From Candidatus Bathyarchaeia archaeon (GTDB lineage Archaea > Thermoproteota > Bathyarchaeia > 40CM-2-53-6 > CALIRQ01), in assembly GCA_038843675.1 (NCBI GenBank), contig JAWBRV010000003.1, positions 4,908 through 68,907 on the forward strand: a stretch of DNA of 64,000 nt. Direction: 5' to 3'. The position numbers were made by a program, and so were the translations under genes. Numbering within the stretch: the first letter of the stretch is position 1; each line of letters opens with the position of its first letter. The notes under the pieces are model-generated. The model was not told the DNA's origin. It was given only the letters and a program-made list of their open reading frames with translations, and searched no databases. Positions 7,741 through 18,740 of the stretch are shown piece after piece.

Positions 7741-8885
7741 GGGATCCAATCCCCCTTTCGCCAGAATACGTCCCGAGGGACCTGATCGGCAGGGATCGCG
7801 AGCTACGGGATATGGCGCAGCATTTCCTTTCGCCCGCCCTCGAGCACGGCAGCTCCCCGCTGATGATCCTCATTGGACCGCGGGGTAGCGGGAAGACCGC
7901 CCTTTTGAAGCGTTTCGGGCAATTAATCGAGGTGGCAAGCCTCGAGCGCGGGAGGGCCATGAAATGCGCTTACGTCAACTGCTGGGAGGCCAAGGGGAGG
8001 TTATTCAAGATCTTGGAAGCGGCTTCGGCCTCCCTAGGGGTCGGGGAAGGCCTTAGGGGCCGCTCCTCAAAGGAGCTCCTCGACCTCATCGGGCAAATCC
8101 CAAACCGCGAGGCCTTCCCCATCTTGGCGCTGGATGATGCGGAGGCGCTCCTTTTGGCCGAAGGGGGGGACCCGATCTATATGCTTTCTAGGCCTTGGGA
8201 GAGCGCGGGCATTAAGGGATTCGGCCTCCTTCTCTCCTTTGGGGATTGGAGCTACCTAGAGGGCCTCGATGGAAGCGTCCTCAGCACGTTGAGGAGGGGG
8301 ATCTTGAGGCTTCGTGGATATTCGAAGGCCGAGCTCTGGGCGATCTTGGCCGATAGGGCTGAGAGGGCGCTCGGGGAAGGTTCCTTGAAGGGGGATGCGC
8401 TGGATTTGATCGCCGATTCCTCATCCGCATCCGGGGACGCCGGCTTGGCGATCAGGGCCCTGAGGATTGCGGCGGAGCTGGCCGAGCGGGAGGGGGCCAC
8501 CTCCATCGAGGCGCGCCATGCCGAATGGGCCTTGGTGGAGGCCAGCGCATCGCCCGACCCCTACATCCTGCGGGGCCTATCCGATCACGAGAGGCTGTTC
8601 CTCATCGCCATAGCGAGGGCCTTGGGGGAAAGGGGCTCCGGGGAGGTGACCATGGGCGAGGCAGAGGGCGAGTATTTGGCCCTATGCGGGATCCGCGGGC
8701 TCGCGCCTAGGAAGCATACGCAGCTTTGGAAATACGCGAGGCGACTCTCAATCGCCGGCCTACTCTCCCTTAGGCCCTCGGGGGCCGGCTTCAAGGGGAG
8801 GACGACATTCATAGGGCTCAGGGGCCTGAGGTGGGACAAAGTCATAAATTGCCCGGAGCCGGATGGGGCCGCGATGGGAAGATGA
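7722..8885 (+). CDS. cdc6: Orc1/Cdc6 family replication initiator (divergent, Cdc6-2-like)
   Basis: LSPEYVP..L.GR..E; Walker A GPRGSGKT; YVNC; LDDAE; winged helix PRKHTQLWKY...GRTT. Confidence 0.85.
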   Translation: MGGRILRDPIPLSPEYVPRDLIGRDRELRDMAQHFLSPALEHGSSPLMILIGPRGSGKTALLKRFGQLIEVASLERGRAMKCAYVNCWEAKGRLFKILEAASASLGVGEGLRGRSSKELLDLIGQIPNREAFPILALDDAEALLLAEGGDPIYMLSRPWESAGIKGFGLLLSFGDWSYLEGLDGSVLSTLRRGILRLRGYSKAELWAILADRAERALGEGSLKGDALDLIADSSSASGDAGLAIRALRIAAELAEREGATSIEARHAEWALVEASASPDPYILRGLSDHERLFLIAIARALGERGSGEVTMGEAEGEYLALCGIRGLAPRKHTQLWKYARRLSIAGLLSLRPSGAGFKGRTTFIGLRGLRWDKVINCPEPDGAAMGR

Positions 8886-9340
8886 GCGGCATGGGCAGGG
8901 TGAGGATGGTCGATATCTCGGAAAAGGGCGATGTATTGAGGGAGGCCATCGCGTTCGGCGAGATCCGGATGAAGAGGGAGACGGTGGAGCTGATAAGAGA
9001 CGGGCGGATCGAGAAGGGCGATCCCCTATACGCGGCCGAGATAGCCGCGATAATGGCGGCGAAGAACGCGAGCCAGATCATACCGCTTTGCCACCCGATC
9101 CAAATCACGCACGTCCAACTGGAGCATCGCCTCAAGGAGGATTCGCTCGAGGTCAGGGCGAGGGTGAGGGCCGAATCCAAGACGGGCGTGGAGATGGAAG
9201 CGCTGGCGGCAGTCTCCGCGTTCCTCCTGACTGTTTGGGATATGGTGAAGAAATATGAGAAGGACGAGGAGGGGCAGTATCCATTCACGGAGATAAGGGC
9301 CATAAGGGTGGAGAGAAAGAGGAAGGGGGAGGGCGCTTGA
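8882..9340 (+). CDS. moaC: Cyclic pyranopterin monophosphate synthase
   Basis: MVDISEK, IPLCHP, TGVEMEAL and WDMVK motifs. Confidence 0.95.
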   Translation: MSGMGRVRMVDISEKGDVLREAIAFGEIRMKRETVELIRDGRIEKGDPLYAAEIAAIMAAKNASQIIPLCHPIQITHVQLEHRLKEDSLEVRARVRAESKTGVEMEALAAVSAFLLTVWDMVKKYEKDEEGQYPFTEIRAIRVERKRKGEGA

Positions 9341-9852
9341 GCGAGACCTCCGAGGCTCATAAGGGGAGGGCCCCGAGGAGTTTGAAATTCGCTGTTATAA
9401 CCTGTAGCACGTCCCGAAGCAAGGGCTCCGGCGAGCCCGACGTTTCCGGAGAAACGATCGTTGGGCTGATGGAGGGGAAGGGCCACAAGCTGACGATGAG
9501 GGCCATCGTCCCGGACGATGAATCGGCCATATTGGAGGCGGTATTGGGGGCCCTGAAGGAGGCCGACGTCGTAATAATCACGGGTGGGACCGGCATAGGG
9601 AGGGGCGACGTTACCATAGAGGCGGTTTCAAAGCTGTTCGAGAAGGACCTCCCGGGATTCGGGGAGCTCTTCAGGCACCTCAGCTTCGAGAGGATCGGAA
9701 GCCCGGCCCTCCTAACAAGGGCAGCGGCGGGCATCCGTGGGGAATCCGTCATATTCTGCCTTCCGGGATCGCCCGAGGCCGTCAAGCTGGCCATGGAGAA
9801 CCTGATAATACCGGAGGCAGCGCATATAGTTGGGCATTTGAGGAAGGGCTAG
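9337..9852 (+). CDS. moaB: Molybdopterin adenylyltransferase MoaB/Mog
   Basis: VPDD, TGGTG...DVT, PGFGELFR and LPGSP motifs. Confidence 0.92.
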   Translation: MSETSEAHKGRAPRSLKFAVITCSTSRSKGSGEPDVSGETIVGLMEGKGHKLTMRAIVPDDESAILEAVLGALKEADVVIITGGTGIGRGDVTIEAVSKLFEKDLPGFGELFRHLSFERIGSPALLTRAAAGIRGESVIFCLPGSPEAVKLAMENLIIPEAAHIVGHLRKG

Positions 9853-11111
9853 GCCCTTCGGGGGCGCTGGCGCGCAGAGGCTCCGCAAAGGGATTTCAGG
9901 AACTCAACCTCCTCGGCATTGAACCCGAACCATTCCGAGAGGCCTTGGAAGGCCTTCGCATCATTCTTGGCTATCTCGATTATATAGGGCAGGACGCTTG
10001 CGTTGGCTGATGCCCTCGAGAGATGGCAGCGCCTTGCGATCTTATCAAGGACCTTCTGCCTCATGCCCCTCTCCGATCTGGTCTTTGCCATCAGGGCTAT
10101 CCTCTCCGGGAACTTCATCGGGACCCATCCGGCTTTCGATCTCTCCTTGGCCATGGCGACCCCAGCGGTCATTAGGTCGATGGCGTAGGATATCAAGCTC
10201 CAATTCTGCTCCCTTTTCGCGATATTGAAGAACAGATCCGCCTTGGCCAATGCCTCCATGCCATTGGCCAAATCGCTAGGGTCCGATAGCCAGAGCGGGG
10301 CATTCTCGTAGATCCACTCGAAGAGCATCTCGGGATCCAAATCGGCCTCATTCATGGCGATCTTCGCGGAGTAGCAGCTCTTGGCCGAGAATATGTTCTT
10401 TAGGACGTTGAATATCAAATCGGTGCGATCCCTTCGGGATGCCATTTTTACGTCCTCGCTCGTCAATATCCCGCTTGGATACGAAAGCATTTGTAGATCC
10501 TTCAACATGGCCCTGAGATCTCCCTTGTTCCGCTCCGCCAAGAGCTTCAGGGCCTCCGGATCAGCCCTTATGCCCTCCTTCTCGGCCACCTTTTTCAGGA
10601 AGGGGACAGCCTCCCTTATGCCGATCCTTTTGAACTCGATCAGCTCACACTTCTCCCTTATCCTCGCGAGCTTTGGATCCCAAGCGTTATTGGCCGCTAG
10701 GATTACAGGGTAATTGGCCTTCGATAGGAGCTCATCGATGTAATCCATCGCGCCCGAATCCATGGATGGGCTCATCCCATCGACCTCATCGAGGAATACT
10801 ATCCTCCCCTTGCCAAGTATGCTCATCCCGCTGGCAGCTCCCCCGACGATCTTCTCGAGCCTCCCCTTGGATCGATCGTCGCTCGCGTTCACCTCTATGA
10901 GGTCCAAGCCTAAGTCCCTCGCCAAGGCCTCAACGGCTACGGTCTTGCCGCTGCCAGGGGGACCGTATATCAGGGCCCCCCTCTTGGCCTTGGGATCCTT
11001 CCCCCATTTCCTAACCCATTCGACCAGCCGATCGATCGCCTCCTTGTTCCCAATGATCTCCGAAATCCGGGATGGCTTGTATTTCTCATCCAATTGCTCG
11101 GCGAGCCGCAT
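9849..11111 (-). CDS. rfcL: Replication factor C large subunit
   Basis: EKYKP, GPPGSGKT, EVNASD, LDEVDG, EWIYEN; follows rfcS. Start estimated. Confidence 0.92.
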   Translation of the reverse strand: MRLAEQLDEKYKPSRISEIIGNKEAIDRLVEWVRKWGKDPKAKRGALIYGPPGSGKTVAVEALARDLGLDLIEVNASDDRSKGRLEKIVGGAASGMSILGKGRIVFLDEVDGMSPSMDSGAMDYIDELLSKANYPVILAANNAWDPKLARIREKCELIEFKRIGIREAVPFLKKVAEKEGIRADPEALKLLAERNKGDLRAMLKDLQMLSYPSGILTSEDVKMASRRDRTDLIFNVLKNIFSAKSCYSAKIAMNEADLDPEMLFEWIYENAPLWLSDPSDLANGMEALAKADLFFNIAKREQNWSLISYAIDLMTAGVAMAKERSKAGWVPMKFPERIALMAKTRSERGMRQKVLDKIARRCHLSRASANASVLPYIIEIAKNDAKAFQGLSEWFGFNAEEVEFLKSLCGASARQRPRRA

Positions 11112-11115
11112 GCCA

Positions 11116-12090
11116 TCAGCCCCTAGGCCTCGAGGATAGGGAAGCCAGCTTCGCGAGGAAGGCACTCATCTGGACCTCGGGATCCCCCCCTTGCGATATC
11201 CTGAAATCCGCCTCCCCGAGCATCTCGGCCAAGAGGAGCTTGTCCCTCTCCTGGAGTTCGCTCCGGAATATTTCGCCGTGGATTTGCCTTATGATATCCA
11301 AGGGCGAGAGGCCCTTCTCCAAGAGGAGGTCCCTCAGCCTCTTCCTAGATTCGGAGAAGTTTCCCTTCATGGCCAATTCCAATATCTCCTTCGCGTATCT
11401 CGGCTCTATCCGGCCGGCGAGGCGATAGATGGAATCCTCATCGATCTCATCCTTGAGCGATGAGGCCGCTTGGAGGAGGTTTATCGCCTTCCTCAAATCC
11501 CCTTCCGAGATCCTCGCTATCGCGGCGAGGCCCCCATCCGTTATATTCACGCCCTCGTTTTTGGCTATCCATCCCAAGAAGTCCTTCACCTCCCCTTCCC
11601 CCAATGGGGAGAAACGGAAGATTGCGCAGCGGGATTGTATCGGCTCGATTATCTTGCTGGAGTAATTGCAGCAGAGGATGAACCTGCAAGTATCCGTATA
11701 TCTCTCCATCGTCCGCCTAAGGGCCTGTTGCGCATCGCTCGTCATATTGTCGGCCTCATCCAAGACCAATATCTTGAACGGGGCATCGCTAATCGTCGCC
11801 GCCCTAGCGAATTCCTTCACCGTCGTCCTGATGACGTCTATCCCCCTCTCATCGCTCGCGTTGAGCTCCATGAATAGGTCCATGAACCTCTCGCCGAAGA
11901 GGTCATGGGCCAAGCAAAGCGCGGCGGTCGTTTTCCCGGTCCCAGGTGGGCCGGCGAAGAGGCAATGGGGCATGCTCCTATCCTCCACGAACTTCTTGAG
12001 CCTTGAGACGATTTCGGCTTGATCCCTTATCTCGTCCAGTGTCCTAGGCCTGTACTTCTCCGTCCACATCATATGCCTCCCCTCGGCCAT
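11116..12090 (-). CDS. rfcS: Replication factor C small subunit
   Basis: WTEKYRP, GPPGTGKT, ELNASDERG, LDEAD and IQSRC motifs; no intein. Confidence 0.97.
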   Translation of the reverse strand: MAEGRHMMWTEKYRPRTLDEIRDQAEIVSRLKKFVEDRSMPHCLFAGPPGTGKTTAALCLAHDLFGERFMDLFMELNASDERGIDVIRTTVKEFARAATISDAPFKILVLDEADNMTSDAQQALRRTMERYTDTCRFILCCNYSSKIIEPIQSRCAIFRFSPLGEGEVKDFLGWIAKNEGVNITDGGLAAIARISEGDLRKAINLLQAASSLKDEIDEDSIYRLAGRIEPRYAKEILELAMKGNFSESRKRLRDLLLEKGLSPLDIIRQIHGEIFRSELQERDKLLLAEMLGEADFRISQGGDPEVQMSAFLAKLASLSSRPRG

Positions 12091-12227
12091 CCAAATCGCC
12101 CTCCGTTAGCTAGGCCTGCTCATGGGCGCTGATAAGATAAGGCTTTGGGCATCCCCCTACGCCGCCCCCGATGCCGCAGGGGCGCACCTAGGGCCTTGCC
12201 CATTGGACCATGGGGCTCAGGGACGGC

Positions 12228-13475
12228 TCATGGGAAGAGGCCGAGCGTCTCCAGCGCCTCGGCGACCCTTCTCACCCCCAATATGAAGGCCCCCTCCTTC
12301 ATCGGGACCTTGAATTCATCGGAGGTTTCCAAGACCCTTTTGAATTGACAAATGAGCTTCTTCTCAAGCTTCCCCCTTACCTCCTCCAAGTCCCAATATT
12401 CTCTCCTGAGGTTTTGCGTCCATTCAAAATAGCTGACTATCACCCCGCCGGCGTTGGCCAATATATCCGGGACGACGAATACGCCGTTCCTCTCCAAGAT
12501 CCTATCCGCCTCGGACGTCGTGGGCCCATTCGCTCCCTCTACCACGATCTTGGCCTTGACCCTGCCCGCGTTCTCCTTGGTTATGGCGTTCTGGAGGGCG
12601 GCCGGTATGAGGACATCGCACTCGACCTCCAAAACGGCGTCGCTCCCGATCTCGGAGCTGCTTCCGAAACCAACGACCGAGCCGGTCCTTCGCTTATGTT
12701 CGATCAGCTCCTTAACCTGAATGCCCCTTTGGTCGTAAACGCCGCCCCTCGAATCGCTGACCGCGATTATCTTATAACCCCGCTCCGAGAGCGCTAGGGC
12801 GGCATGGATGCCGACGTTCCCGAAGCCCTGTATGGCGACCGTCGCCGATTGCGGATCCAACCCCTTATACTTCACGGCCTCCTCGGCGCATATGGCGACT
12901 CCCCTCCCCGTGGCCTCCTCCCTGCCTTGGGATCCCCCTATGCTGATCGGCTTCCCGGTCACGACCTCCGGGACCTTCCTCCCCTTGAGCTGGCTATAGG
13001 TGTCGACGATCCAAGCCATCGTTTGGGGATTCGTGTTCACGTCTGGGGCTGGTATGTCCGTGTATGGGCCTATATCGTTCGCCAGTGCCGCCGTATATCG
13101 CCTCGTTATCCTCTCCAGCTCGCCCCTTGAGAGGGCCTTAGGATTGCAGGCCACCCCGCCCTTAGCCCCACCGAACGGTATATCGGCCACGGCGGATTTA
13201 AACGTCATTAGTGCCGCTAGGGCCTTGACTTCCTCCAAGTCAGTATTTTCGTGATACCTTATCCCCCCCTTATAGGGGCCCCTAGCGGAGTTATGTTGAA
13301 CCCGACATCCCCAAAAAACCCTCAGGGATCCATCGTCCATCCTTACCGGGAGGTATACCTCGATGACCCTCCTGGGATATTTCAATATCTCCCTCACGCC
13401 CTTCTCCAGCCCCAGCCTCTCGGCTGAGCGATCTATCTTCCCCAAGGTATCCCGATAAAATTCCATCCCGCTCAA
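12228..13475 (-). CDS. gdhA: Glutamate dehydrogenase
   Basis: GPYKGGIRY, GGAKGG, DIPAPD, QGFGNVG and EGANGP motifs. Confidence 0.95.
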   Translation of the reverse strand: MSGMEFYRDTLGKIDRSAERLGLEKGVREILKYPRRVIEVYLPVRMDDGSLRVFWGCRVQHNSARGPYKGGIRYHENTDLEEVKALAALMTFKSAVADIPFGGAKGGVACNPKALSRGELERITRRYTAALANDIGPYTDIPAPDVNTNPQTMAWIVDTYSQLKGRKVPEVVTGKPISIGGSQGREEATGRGVAICAEEAVKYKGLDPQSATVAIQGFGNVGIHAALALSERGYKIIAVSDSRGGVYDQRGIQVKELIEHKRRTGSVVGFGSSSEIGSDAVLEVECDVLIPAALQNAITKENAGRVKAKIVVEGANGPTTSEADRILERNGVFVVPDILANAGGVIVSYFEWTQNLRREYWDLEEVRGKLEKKLICQFKRVLETSDEFKVPMKEGAFILGVRRVAEALETLGLFP

Positions 13476-13874
13476 TTGTCACACCAAATTTTCAAATATG
13501 GAATTATTGCCTTAAAAGCTTTCGATAAAAAAGAGCATAAACGTCATGATATCGCCCATTCCTTTCCCAAATCGGCTTTTGGCGGAGACATGCGCCGCCT
13601 TTTTGGCTCAGCGGAACGCGCGAATGGGCCCAGCGAAAATTGGCTTTTAATAGCCAACCTTAAAAGATGCTCCCGGACCCGCTCCTTCGATTTTGTTCAA
13701 AAGGGCCCAGTGAACCTTCCCCACGGGGCTACGGCGTTATAAAGCGCCTCAGCTCGGCCGCTAGCCCATTGGCCGAGCCCTCCGAACCGGCCTATCGGCA
13801 TCCCCGCCGGCCGGGGCAAGGGTAAAGTAATCCCTCCCCCATACGCTAACCGGGCGAGGGGAACTTTGGGCGGC

Positions 13875-14417
13875 ATGAGCTTCGGGGACATACATATCGA
13901 GTTCGAGAATTCCCCGATCAAGACGCGCTTCATCAAACCCGTCAAGCTCAGGGTCTGCGGGAAGGATCTCGAGGCGAGCGCTGGGGCGGAGATGGAGCTA
14001 TTATATTGGATAGCCATGAAGCTCTTCGAGGCCGGATTGGCGAAGCCGGCCGATTCGATGAGGATGGACCTGATTCAGCTCTCCAAAATCCATTGGAGGG
14101 AAACGGTCCCGGCGACGAGGCAGATATCGGCCGTGGGAAGGGATTTCTATTTCAAGATGAGGGAATATCTATCGGAGTTGAGGGCCGCCTCTAGGGCGGA
14201 TGGCTCCAAGCTTATGGAGCTCGAGAAGGCCATGGGGTTGTTCGAGGAGATATTGAACTGCAGGATTCGAAAGATTCTATCAATCGCCGCCGCGGGCGCT
14301 GAATCGGAGGAGGCGCTCAAGAACCTCACCCCAGAGGAGAGGCTGCTGTTGGAGGATGTGCGATCGGGGGTCATGGCTTGGAAGGGCTTCGCGGCCCTCG
14401 GGGGGGATGCCAAATGA
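13875..14417 (+). CDS. GINS subunit (Gins23, Psf2/Psf3-like)
   Basis: 'L.YWIA..L...G', 'DFYFK', 'R.RKI', 'NLTPEE'; overlaps the mcm start. Confidence 0.75.
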   Translation: MSFGDIHIEFENSPIKTRFIKPVKLRVCGKDLEASAGAEMELLYWIAMKLFEAGLAKPADSMRMDLIQLSKIHWRETVPATRQISAVGRDFYFKMREYLSELRAASRADGSKLMELEKAMGLFEEILNCRIRKILSIAAAGAESEEALKNLTPEERLLLEDVRSGVMAWKGFAALGGDAK

Positions 14418-16462
14418 GCACGGCGGAGCTTCAAGAGGGGTTCAGGGAGTTCCTAAGGAGCTTCAGGACCGAGATGGAGGAGCAGAAGTATAGGAAGAGG
14501 CTATCCCAAATGGCCCTGACGGGCTCCAAATCGCTTATAGTCGATTTCGAGGACCTCATGGCCTTCGATTCCGAATTGGCGAGGGAGATAGTGAACAACC
14601 CCGATGAGGCCCTGAAGTACGCCAATGCCTCAGTCTTGGAGCAAATGAGGGTCGAGGATCCGGAATACGCGGAGCAGGTCGGGGAGTTCTTCGTTAGGTT
14701 CAGGGGCTTGCCCGAGAGGCTATCGCTTAGGAGGATAAGGGCCGATCACATCGGGAAGCTCGTGATGATCGATGCCATAATCGTCAGGGCGACCCCGGTT
14801 CAACCGCTCATCGTCAAGGCGGCCTTCAGGTGCAGGAGATGCAACGAGATAACCTTCGTCGATCAAAAGGGGCCGCTCATGAGGGCCCCGCTCTTTTGCG
14901 CCAACTGCAAGGCGAGGCAGTTCGATTTCGAGGAGAAGGAGTCGAGATTCATAGATTCGCAGGAGATACGCGCCCAAGAGAAGCCGGAGGAGCTCCCGCC
15001 CGGCCAGCTCCCCAGGTCCATAGACGTAACCCTCAGGGACGATCTGGTCGATACCGCGAGGCCCGGGGATAGGGCATCGATAACGGGCATAGTGAGGGCG
15101 CAGCAAACGATGGCCGGTAGGAGGGGAGGGCTTAGGACCTTCGAACTATACCTCGAGGCCAACTACGTCGACGTATCCGGCAGGGAGGCGGAGATCCTCG
15201 AGATAACGCCGGAGGAGGAGAGGTACCTGAAGGCCCTCTCAAAGGATCCATGGATCATGAATAGGCTGAAGATGTCCATAGCGCCATCGATCTATGGGTA
15301 TGAGGACGTGAAGGAGGCCATATTGTACCTCCTCCACGGCGGCGTCAGGAAGGAGCTCCCAGATGGCATAAACCTTAGGGGGGATATAAATATACTGCTG
15401 GTCGGGGACCCCGGGACCGCCAAGAGCGCGCTCCTCCAATACGTCGCTAGGGTCGCCCCGAGGGGCTTGTATACGAGCGGAAGGGGATCCACCGCGGCTG
15501 GATTGACGGCTGCGGTCATAAGGGAGAGGGCCGGCGGGATGGTCCTCGAGGCCGGGGCCTTGGTCCTAGCGGATAAGGGCGTCTGCTCGATAGATGAGAT
15601 AGATAAGATGAGGCCGGAGGATAGGGTCGCCATACACGAGGCAATGGAGCAGCAAACGGTCTCCGTGGCCAAGGGGGGAATCGTAGCCACTTTGAACGCT
15701 AGGACCTCCGTGCTAGCCGCGGCTAACCCAGCGCTGGGCAGATACGACCCCTATCGGAACGTCAGCGAGAACATAAACCTCCCCATAACCATACTATCCC
15801 GATTCGACCTCATATTCGTCTTCAGGGATATGCCCGATGAGGAGCTCGATAGGAGGATGTCGGACCACATACTCCGGACCCATCAGATTAGGGCCACCCC
15901 AATGCCCGAGGTCTCACCATTGCCGCCCGAGATCTTGAGGAAGTACATAAGCTACGCGAAGAGGATCACGCCTGTGCTGACCGACGAGGCCATAAGGGAG
16001 CTGAAGGACTTCTACCTGAAGATGAGGGCAACCTCCGGGGCCTCGGATTCCCCGATCGCGATAACCCCGAGGCAACTGGAGGCATTGATCAGGATCTCGG
16101 AGGCTAGGGCTAGGTGCTTTCTTAGGGATAAGGTCATCGCCGAGGATGCGAAGGCCGCGATACGATTGATGACCATATCCCTGCAACACGTCGGGATCGA
16201 CGTCACGACCGGGAAGATCGATATCGACGTCATAATGACGGGCAAGCCCAAGAGCTTGAGGGATAAGATGCAGGCGGTCATGGGGGAGATAGCCAAGGAG
16301 GAGAAGGAGTACGGGGCGGCTGAGGAGGAGAGGCTGAAGGGAGCGCTCGCGAGCCAATATGGCATGAGCGAGTCGGAGGTAACCTCCGTACTCAACCAAC
16401 TGGTTAAGGAGGGGATAATATACTCGCCGAAGCCCGGGCAATATAAGAGGGCCTTGGTCTGA
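14414..16462 (+). CDS. mcm: Replicative helicase MCM
   Basis: C4 zinc finger, GDPGTAKS, IDEIDKM, SRFD and ITPRQLE motifs. Confidence 0.98.
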   Translation: MSTAELQEGFREFLRSFRTEMEEQKYRKRLSQMALTGSKSLIVDFEDLMAFDSELAREIVNNPDEALKYANASVLEQMRVEDPEYAEQVGEFFVRFRGLPERLSLRRIRADHIGKLVMIDAIIVRATPVQPLIVKAAFRCRRCNEITFVDQKGPLMRAPLFCANCKARQFDFEEKESRFIDSQEIRAQEKPEELPPGQLPRSIDVTLRDDLVDTARPGDRASITGIVRAQQTMAGRRGGLRTFELYLEANYVDVSGREAEILEITPEEERYLKALSKDPWIMNRLKMSIAPSIYGYEDVKEAILYLLHGGVRKELPDGINLRGDINILLVGDPGTAKSALLQYVARVAPRGLYTSGRGSTAAGLTAAVIRERAGGMVLEAGALVLADKGVCSIDEIDKMRPEDRVAIHEAMEQQTVSVAKGGIVATLNARTSVLAAANPALGRYDPYRNVSENINLPITILSRFDLIFVFRDMPDEELDRRMSDHILRTHQIRATPMPEVSPLPPEILRKYISYAKRITPVLTDEAIRELKDFYLKMRATSGASDSPIAITPRQLEALIRISEARARCFLRDKVIAEDAKAAIRLMTISLQHVGIDVTTGKIDIDVIMTGKPKSLRDKMQAVMGEIAKEEKEYGAAEEERLKGALASQYGMSESEVTSVLNQLVKEGIIYSPKPGQYKRALV

Positions 16463-16487
16463 TGGGCCCGAGGGGAGGGCTTCGGCC

Positions 16488-18719
16488 TTGGGGATTGAGG
16501 AGCTGGATATACCAAAAGAGCTGATGCGGATCCTCATCGAGAACGGCTATAGGGAACTATACCCTCCCCAAGCCGATGCCCTCAGATCCGGGATATTGAA
16601 CGGGGGGAACTTGGTCCTAGCGAGCCCGACCGCGAGCGGCAAGACGCTCGTGGCCGAGATAGTGGTCATGAAAGAGGTCTTGGAGAGGGGTGGGAAGGCG
16701 CTTTATCTAACGCCGTTGAGGGCCTTGGCTAGGGAGAAGTACAGGGATTTCTCCAAGTATAAGGGCCTCGAGAAGGCGTCGGGGGGCAAGGTCAAGGTCG
16801 CGATAACGAGCGGGGATTACGATACATCCGACCCCCATCTCTCCAAGTACGACGTCATCATCTCCACCAACGAGAAGGCGGATAGCCTGCTTCGGCATAG
16901 GGCCAGATGGCTGGAGGATATATCGGTTGTCGTCGCGGATGAGGTCCATTTGCTAACGGATCCGCATAGAGGGCCGACGTTGGAGGCGACCCTGACGAGA
17001 TTGAGGGCCGTGGCCCCTAGGATCCGGGTGCTGGCCCTGAGCGCCACCGTGAGCAACGTCGACGAGATAGCCGATTGGCTCGACGCTAAGCGCGTCGCGA
17101 CCGAATGGAGGCCCGTCCCCCTCAGGGAAGGGGTTTATTGCGATGGAGAGATCTGCTTCAACGATGGCTCCTCGAGGAGGATCCCTCAGGAATCAGGGAG
17201 CCCTGTCATAGACGTGGCCTTGGAAACGCTCAGGTCCGGGGGCCAAGTCCTGATCTTCTCCGATACGAGGAAGGCGGCGATGGGGATGGGGAGAAAGGCA
17301 TCCGCATATGTGAAGCGCCTCCTCGGGAGGAAGGAGGCGGAGCGATTGAGGGCGATCTCGAGGTCGATTTTGGAGGGCGAGGCGCGAACGAGGCTTAGCG
17401 AAGCCCTCTCCGATCTAGTGGCGGACGGGGTGGCCTTCCATCACGCCGGCCTATCGCCGGGGGATAGGGAGATCGTTGAGAACGCCTTCAGGGATGGTTG
17501 GATAAAGGCCTTGGTCGCCACGCCCACCTTGGCGGCTGGCGTCAACCTGCCCGCGAGATCCGTGATAATAAGCAGCCACGAAAGGTACGAGCCCGGCTTC
17601 GGAAGGGCCCCGATCTCCGTCTTGGAATATAAGCAGCTCTGCGGCAGGGCCGGTAGGCCGAGGTTCGACGATTACGGGGAGGCCGTATTGATCGCGAGGA
17701 GCGAGGACGAGAGGGATATGCTTATGGAGAATTACGTCATGGCCAAGCCGGAGAGGCTTTGGTCGAAGATGGCCGTGGAGGGCGTCCTGAGGCCGCACGT
17801 CTTGGCGACCATAGCGACCGGATACGCGAGCTCCGAGGAGGGCTTGAGCGATTTCTTCGGGAGAACCCTTTGCGCCTTCCAATACGGAATGGAGAACGTT
17901 AAACCGAAGCTCGGGAAGGTCCTCTCCTTCCTATATGAGGAGGGGATGATCGAGCTCAAGCGGCGGAGGATCCTCGCCACGGAGTTCGGCAGGAGGGTAT
18001 CCGAGCTCTACATAGATCCCCTCTCGGCGGTCATAATCAGGGACGGCCTCCTCAACGGCGCGGAGAGGATCACGGAGTTCAGCTTCCTCCACCTAATCTC
18101 CAAGACCCCGGATATGGCCCCGAGGCCATATCCGAGGCGCAGAGAATATGGGTGGCTCGAGGCCTTGGCGCAGGAGCACGAGGGCGAGTTCCTATTGGAG
18201 CCCCTCAGCCCCGACTCCTACTATGGTTATGAGGAGTTCTTGGCGGAGGTGAAATGTGCATCGGTCCTAATGGATTGGATAGGGGAGGTTGGCGAGGAGA
18301 AGATCTTGGAAAAGCACGGGGTGGAGCCTGGGGACCTGCTCAGGCTAGTCGAGAACGCGGAATGGCTCTTGCATGCGACGAGGGAGATCTCGAAGCTATT
18401 GGGCAAAGGGGAATATCTGCGCACGCTTGAGGAGCTCATCCCCCGGATCAGGCACGGGGTCAAGCGGGAGCTCCTCTTCTTGGTTAGGATCGAAGGGGTC
18501 GGGAGGGTTAGGGCGAGGGCGCTCTACAACGCCGGCTATAGGGATGAGGAGAGCCTCAGGAGGGCAACAGTTGGTGAATTGCTCAGCGTCCCAACGATCG
18601 GCCCCGCGATCGCGAGGAGAATAAAGGAATATGTGGGCGGGAAGGTCTCCCCGGAGGATTGGGCATTGCTGAAGGGGAAGCGCAGTGGATTTGAGCAGAG
18701 ATCCCTTTTGCCCCCATGA
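16488..18719 (+). CDS. hel308: Ski2-like helicase Hel308/Hjm
   Basis: PTASGKT, DEVH, LSAT, FHHAGL, GRAGRP and GVGRVRARALY motifs. Confidence 0.95.
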   Translation: MGIEELDIPKELMRILIENGYRELYPPQADALRSGILNGGNLVLASPTASGKTLVAEIVVMKEVLERGGKALYLTPLRALAREKYRDFSKYKGLEKASGGKVKVAITSGDYDTSDPHLSKYDVIISTNEKADSLLRHRARWLEDISVVVADEVHLLTDPHRGPTLEATLTRLRAVAPRIRVLALSATVSNVDEIADWLDAKRVATEWRPVPLREGVYCDGEICFNDGSSRRIPQESGSPVIDVALETLRSGGQVLIFSDTRKAAMGMGRKASAYVKRLLGRKEAERLRAISRSILEGEARTRLSEALSDLVADGVAFHHAGLSPGDREIVENAFRDGWIKALVATPTLAAGVNLPARSVIISSHERYEPGFGRAPISVLEYKQLCGRAGRPRFDDYGEAVLIARSEDERDMLMENYVMAKPERLWSKMAVEGVLRPHVLATIATGYASSEEGLSDFFGRTLCAFQYGMENVKPKLGKVLSFLYEEGMIELKRRRILATEFGRRVSELYIDPLSAVIIRDGLLNGAERITEFSFLHLISKTPDMAPRPYPRRREYGWLEALAQEHEGEFLLEPLSPDSYYGYEEFLAEVKCASVLMDWIGEVGEEKILEKHGVEPGDLLRLVENAEWLLHATREISKLLGKGEYLRTLEELIPRIRHGVKRELLFLVRIEGVGRVRARALYNAGYRDEESLRRATVGELLSVPTIGPAIARRIKEYVGGKVSPEDWALLKGKRSGFEQRSLLPP

Positions 18720-18740
18720 TCGCGCTTGGGTTCATCGGTG

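Noticed and set aside
13476..13870. Long gdhA-gins spacer as a possible ncRNA or small gene
   Set aside because: Only short hairpins; no C/D, SRP, RNase P or riboswitch signature recognised.
15405..15430. MCM Walker A 'GDPGTAKS' looking degenerate
   Set aside because: This is the normal MCM-family variant.
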